Positions 59,616-64,000 of a stretch of DNA of 64,000 nucleotides are shown here, piece after piece. The notes below the pieces were generated by a model. The model was given only the letters and a program-made list of their open reading frames with translations. It had not been told where the DNA came from and made no database searches. The stretch comes from Acidimicrobiia bacterium (lineage in GTDB: Bacteria > Actinomycetota > Acidimicrobiia > Spongiisociales > ZC4RG35): contig OZ244034.1 of the NCBI GenBank assembly GCA_965215185.1, positions 2,656,001-2,720,000 on the forward strand, written 5' to 3'. The position numbers and the translations under genes are program-made. Within the stretch, counting starts at the first letter, position 1, and each line of letters opens with the position of its first letter.

Positions 59616-59914
59616 GGCAGTTCAACCATCTCGATGGCGGAGAAGGGAACAATCAGGCGGTTGGTGTCTCCCAACTCCACATGATCCCTCCCCACCGCCG
59701 AGGGTATGCCCTCGCACAGATGACCTCCTCGAACCCAGATGCGGATGGAGTGCGCCGCGTCTTCTTCGTCCAATAGACGATCTCGGAGGGTGGCCATGCG
59801 GCGGATCTGAAACATGGCGGCTTCCTGTTTGTACTCCAGGGCCGCGTCGAACCGCCGTTGAGCCAGATTCTCGAACACTTTGACCAGGTCTGGATGCTCC
59901 CGTGGGTCAGTCAT
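59612..59914 (-). CDS. Hypothetical protein
   Basis: [27 protein letters not shown]; ATGA-coupled to the ATPase. Confidence 0.7.
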   Translation of the reverse strand: MTDPREHPDLVKVFENLAQRRFDAALEYKQEAAMFQIRRMATLRDRLLDEEDAAHSIRIWVRGGHLCEGIPSAVGRDHVELGDTNRLIVPFSAIEMVELP

Positions 59915-60074
59915 ATTTTCACCTTCAATCAGCCGCTTTATGACAATCTGGTATGCCCGAACCCATCGAGTCAACCCTGTAAAGAGGGTTTCAAGAAAAC
60001 TTTTCCCAACTCTGGCTTTACCTATCGATGGAAACCTGATAGCGTCAGGGGAAGTTTCGCCAGATAGGAGGTCT

Positions 60075-60578
60075 ATGCACGTATCACTTACGGTTAACGG
60101 CCAGCGAGCGGTGACCGATGTTGAACCGCGTACGCTGTTGGTCCACCTGTTGAGAGAAGAACTGGGTCTGACCGGTACCCATGTGGGCTGTGACACTTCA
60201 TATTGTGGGGCCTGCACAGTGATCCTCAACGGAAGAACCGTCAAATCATGCACCATGCTGGCCGTACAGGCGCAGGGCGCCGAGGTAACCACCATTGAGG
60301 GATTGGCCGCCAACGGCGATCTTCATCCCGTTCAGGAAGGTTTCTGGGAACGACATGGTCTCCAGTGCGGATTCTGCACACCGGGGATGATCATGTCGGC
60401 GGTGGGCCTGCTGTCTGAAAACGAGTCTCCTACAGAAAATGAAATACGCCATGGGTTGGAAGGCAATCTCTGCCGGTGCACCGGGTATCACAACATTGTG
60501 AGGGCTGTGGAGTACGCAGCCGCCAAGATGCGAGGCGAAGAACCACCAGCCCCCGAATGGGAGGAGGGCTCGGCGTGA
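60075..60578 (+). CDS. coxS: Mo-hydroxylase/CO dehydrogenase 2Fe-2S subunit
   Basis: [29 protein letters not shown]; AGGAGG RBS. Confidence 0.93.
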   Translation: MHVSLTVNGQRAVTDVEPRTLLVHLLREELGLTGTHVGCDTSYCGACTVILNGRTVKSCTMLAVQAQGAEVTTIEGLAANGDLHPVQEGFWERHGLQCGFCTPGMIMSAVGLLSENESPTENEIRHGLEGNLCRCTGYHNIVRAVEYAAAKMRGEEPPAPEWEEGSA

Positions 60579-62968
60579 GTACCACCAGTGTCCTGGGCGG
60601 AGTGGTCAAGCGCCGGGAAGACCCAGCCCTGATCAGGGGTACCGGCCTGTATGTGGACGACCTGCAATTGACAGGAATGCTGCATGTGGCCTTCGTTCGC
60701 AGCCCTTATGCCCATGCCCGGATAGAGTCGATAGACGCATCCGATGCTCTGGCGATGGAAGGCGTTCGGGCGGTCTACACGGCTGCGGATGTCGCCCATC
60801 TCGGAGACTTGGTTACCCAAGTGGCGGTAGGAAAACTGCGGCCGCTCCTAGCGGGCGGTCATGTCAACCATCTGGGCGAGGCGGTGGCCATGGTAGTGGC
60901 CGACAGCCGCTACGGGGCCCGCGATGGCGCCGACGCAATTGATGTGGAATACGATCCGCTCGACCCGGTGATCGACCTCAAGGAGGCCGCTTCCGACGCC
61001 GCCCTGGTTCATGAAGACATGGCTTCCAATGTCCTGCTGGCCTGGGAAGGCGGTCCCTGGGGCGATGAGGATGGCATCGCTGCCACCAAGCAGACCATCG
61101 CCGACGCCAAGGCGCAAGACGACACGGTCTCCGTCTCGTTGGAAGCGGTGAATCAGCGGCTGCTGCCCATGCCGATGGAGCCCCGCGCGGTGGTGGCGGA
61201 CTGGAATGTCGGCTATGGTCGATTCACAGTCCATTCCTCCACCCAGATACCCCATGCCCTGGCGGGGGGAATCGCCCAGACCTTCGGGCTTTCCCTCAAC
61301 GATGTCCGGTGTATCGCCCCCGAGGTGGGCGGAGGATTCGGATGCAAACTCAATGTCTACAACGACGAGATCCTGGTCTGTTTCGCCTCCCAGCAACTGG
61401 GTAGTCCGGTCAAATTCACCGAGACCCGGCGGGACGCGGCAGGCTCCACCATTCACGGTCGGGGCTGGGTGGCGACCGCCACCATAACCGGGACCCGGGA
61501 CGGAAAGATCCTGGGATACGAGTTGGACGGCATCGCCGACATGGGCGCCTACAGTCAGAACTTCACGGTGGCCATTCCTTTCTTGGGACTGTTCGTTGGA
61601 GCTGGCCAATATGGGTTCCCCACCCATTGGAGAGTGGCCTGTGTGCACACTCACACCATGACCACCGACGCCTATCGCGGCGCTGGCCGGCCGGAAGCCG
61701 CCTATTACCTGGAGAGAGCTATCGACGCCTTTGCCCGGGAGATCGGGGTGGATCCGGCCGAGGTACGGAGACAGAACTATATCCCTGCCTCGAAATTCCC
61801 TGGCGCGGCGACTCATATCGGGTTCCCCATGGACACCGGCGACTACGAAATGAACCTCGACGCCCTGTTGGAGACCGCCGGCTATGACGAGCTCAAGGCC
61901 GAGCGGGACCAAATGCGGGCCGAGGGAAGGCTGGTGGGTCTGGGCCTGGCCACCTATGTGGAAGTATGCGGTTTCGGTCCTTCCGCGTTGGTGGATCTGG
62001 GATTCTCCTGGGCGGCCTACAAGATACCCTCCGGATTCAGCGGATCGGGCCTGGTTCGTGTGCATGCCGACGGCACCGCCTCGGTGATCATCGGCACCGG
62101 CCCCTCTGGACAAGGTCATCAGACCACTTGGGCGCAGATTGTCTCCCAACAGTTGGGGATCACGATGGAGAACATCAGGGTAACCCATGGAGATACCGCC
62201 GAATCGCCGCTGGGTATCGGAACCTTCGGGTCCCGCTCCGCGGCGGTGGACGGATCGGCCACCTACGAGGCTGCCAACAAGGTGGCGGCCAAGGCCGCCC
62301 AACTGGCCGCCCATCTGCTGGAGGCCTCCTCGGACGACATCGTGTTCGCCGACGGCGGCGCCCATGTGGCCGGTTCACCCGACCAGCAGGTGTCGTGGTC
62401 CGACATCGCCACCCTGGCTTATCAACCTCACCGACTGCCCGCAGGCATGGAGGGAGGCCTGGAGGCCCACGCCGTGTTCAGTCCCGCCAACGCCACCTGG
62501 CCATTTGGTTCCCACCTGGCCTTGGTGGAGGTGGATGGCGACACTGGCGACGTCTCGCTGCTCCGCTACATAGCCATGGATGACTGCGGAAACGTCATTA
62601 ATCCGATGATCGTGGACGGACAGATCCACGGCGGTCTGGCGCAGGGAATCGGCCAGGCGATGTTTGAGGATGGCGAGTATGAGTCGGACGGAAACCTGCT
62701 CAAGTGGTCGCTTGTGGAGTACCCACTGCCAACCGCTGTCGATCTGCCTTCCTTCGAGTTGCATCGAACCGTTACTCCCACGGATGTCAATCCGTTGGGC
62801 GTGAAGGGGATCGGCGAGGCGGGTACCATCGGGTCGGCGCAAACTGTGGTCAACGCGGTTGTCGACGCTCTTTCGCCCTTGGGGGTGACACATGTGGATA
62901 TGCCCCTGCGCCCCAAGCGGGTGTGGGAGGCGATCCAAGCGGCCAAGACGAACGGGAGTGTGAGCTGA
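60575..62968 (+). CDS. coxL: Molybdopterin large subunit, form II CoxL-like
   Basis: [38 protein letters not shown]. Confidence 0.9.
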   Translation: MSTTSVLGGVVKRREDPALIRGTGLYVDDLQLTGMLHVAFVRSPYAHARIESIDASDALAMEGVRAVYTAADVAHLGDLVTQVAVGKLRPLLAGGHVNHLGEAVAMVVADSRYGARDGADAIDVEYDPLDPVIDLKEAASDAALVHEDMASNVLLAWEGGPWGDEDGIAATKQTIADAKAQDDTVSVSLEAVNQRLLPMPMEPRAVVADWNVGYGRFTVHSSTQIPHALAGGIAQTFGLSLNDVRCIAPEVGGGFGCKLNVYNDEILVCFASQQLGSPVKFTETRRDAAGSTIHGRGWVATATITGTRDGKILGYELDGIADMGAYSQNFTVAIPFLGLFVGAGQYGFPTHWRVACVHTHTMTTDAYRGAGRPEAAYYLERAIDAFAREIGVDPAEVRRQNYIPASKFPGAATHIGFPMDTGDYEMNLDALLETAGYDELKAERDQMRAEGRLVGLGLATYVEVCGFGPSALVDLGFSWAAYKIPSGFSGSGLVRVHADGTASVIIGTGPSGQGHQTTWAQIVSQQLGITMENIRVTHGDTAESPLGIGTFGSRSAAVDGSATYEAANKVAAKAAQLAAHLLEASSDDIVFADGGAHVAGSPDQQVSWSDIATLAYQPHRLPAGMEGGLEAHAVFSPANATWPFGSHLALVEVDGDTGDVSLLRYIAMDDCGNVINPMIVDGQIHGGLAQGIGQAMFEDGEYESDGNLLKWSLVEYPLPTAVDLPSFELHRTVTPTDVNPLGVKGIGEAGTIGSAQTVVNAVVDALSPLGVTHVDMPLRPKRVWEAIQAAKTNGSVS

Positions 62969-63828
62969 TGTATCCCAGGTCATTTGAGTATGTATCCCCG
63001 GGGTCGCTGGACGAGGCAACCTCGATTCTGGCTTCCACGGAAGGCGCCAAGGTGCTGGCCGGAGGAATGAGTCTTCTGCCCATCATGAAGCTGCGCCTCT
63101 TCTCGCCCGAAGTCGTGGTGGATATCGGACGAATCCCTGGGCTTTCCTCCATCGAAGATCGGGGAGATCATGTGGCAGTGGGGGCGTTGGTACGCCATGC
63201 CGCCACCGCGTCGGATCCGCTGATTGCAGAGCACGCCGCGGCCCTAGCCACCGCAGCTTCCTGGACGGGAGATGTTCAGGTGCGTAACCAGGGCACCACT
63301 TGCGGTTCGATTGCTCATGCCGATATCGCTGCTGATCAGCCTTCCGCGGCTTTGGCTTTGGGCGCCACTATGGTGGCGGCCTCGGCCGGGGGCATTCGGG
63401 AGATCGCGGCAGCAGATTTCTTTGTGGACACCCTCACCACGGCCTTGGAGCCCGGCGAAATTCTCACCGAGCTCCGTCTCCCCAAGCAGGGCGGAGGATC
63501 CGCCTATGAGAAGCTGGGCCGCCGCGGTGGCCACACCGATTACGCGGTGGCGGGCGCTACGGCCTGGGTGGACCTTGCCGACGGTGCGGTCTGCTGCGGG
63601 CGGGTGGCGCTCACCGGAGTGGGTCCCAAACCCACCCTGGCGGAAGGCGTCATGGAAAGTCTGATCGGAACCGACGGTTCAGACGCGGCGGTGGCGGAAG
63701 CCTCCGAGCGGGCCATCGAGGGCGTCACTGTTCTCGACGATCTTTTCGGAACTGTGGAATATAAGGCTCACTTGGCCAAGGTCATGACCCGGCGGGCTCT
63801 GCAACAGGCTATAGCCGCCGCCAGATAA
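62968..63828 (+). CDS. coxM: Mo-hydroxylase/CO dehydrogenase FAD subunit
   Basis: [39 protein letters not shown]. Confidence 0.92.
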   Translation: MYPRSFEYVSPGSLDEATSILASTEGAKVLAGGMSLLPIMKLRLFSPEVVVDIGRIPGLSSIEDRGDHVAVGALVRHAATASDPLIAEHAAALATAASWTGDVQVRNQGTTCGSIAHADIAADQPSAALALGATMVAASAGGIREIAAADFFVDTLTTALEPGEILTELRLPKQGGGSAYEKLGRRGGHTDYAVAGATAWVDLADGAVCCGRVALTGVGPKPTLAEGVMESLIGTDGSDAAVAEASERAIEGVTVLDDLFGTVEYKAHLAKVMTRRALQQAIAAAR

Positions 63829-63865
63829 TCAAATCTCTCTGTCGGAAGCGGGCGGAGATCAAAAC

Positions 63866-63908
63866 AAAGAGGGTTGGGACTCTTTTGGAAGTCCCAACCC
63901 TTCTTTTT
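63866..63908 (+). terminator. Intrinsic terminator of coxSLM
   Basis: AGGGTTGGGACT-loop-AGTCCCAACCCT followed by TCTTTTT. Confidence 0.85.
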
Positions 63909-64000
63909 GGCTGTTGCTATTTCAGGTTTTGATAAAGGGCTTGTGTTGCCTTGAACAGTGACTGCTAAGTGGCCGGGTTTTGGTTGCCGGTTTCTTTGAG

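Noticed and set aside
60575-62968. Form I CO dehydrogenase
   Set aside because: Active-site loop is AYRGAGR, not AYRCSFR.

Overview
GC-rich, gene-dense chromosomal window, most consistent with an actinobacterium of Acidimicrobiia type. The inference rests on Cys-containing SLH-like anchors, Rv2466c-, AlkZ- and HhH-GPD-type proteins and many leaderless starts; the FN3 surface protein, dehalogenase, creatininase-family and form II cox genes suggest a marine, possibly sponge-associated lineage. The main accessory feature is a ~12-kb catabolic island at 1-12.3 kb. It holds an enolase-superfamily enzyme, an Opp-type ABC importer with a stalked binding protein and a palindromic operator region. It also holds an operon of N,N-dimethylformamidase-like small and large subunits, an SDR, a PTE-like hydrolase and an Ord-type amine dehydrogenase. 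The rest is housekeeping and metabolism: rpsF-ssb-rpsR-rplI, panB, nfo, uppS, pepP, dhaA, dGTPase, dnaX, recR, trpB2, proC, two bcp paralogues, pheA, coxSLM and a large FN3/SLH surface protein. Further observations are two diverged copies of a ~235-bp promoter-bearing intergenic element, one base that would remove both a panB stop and the next gene's start, an amidohydrolase missing two metal ligands and a split FabG4-like pair. There is also a scrambled duplication inside an SDR (probably a consensus artefact) and a triple-frameshifted P-loop ATPase. No tRNA, rRNA, CRISPR array or transposase was recognised. All calls come from reading motifs by eye, not from database searches.
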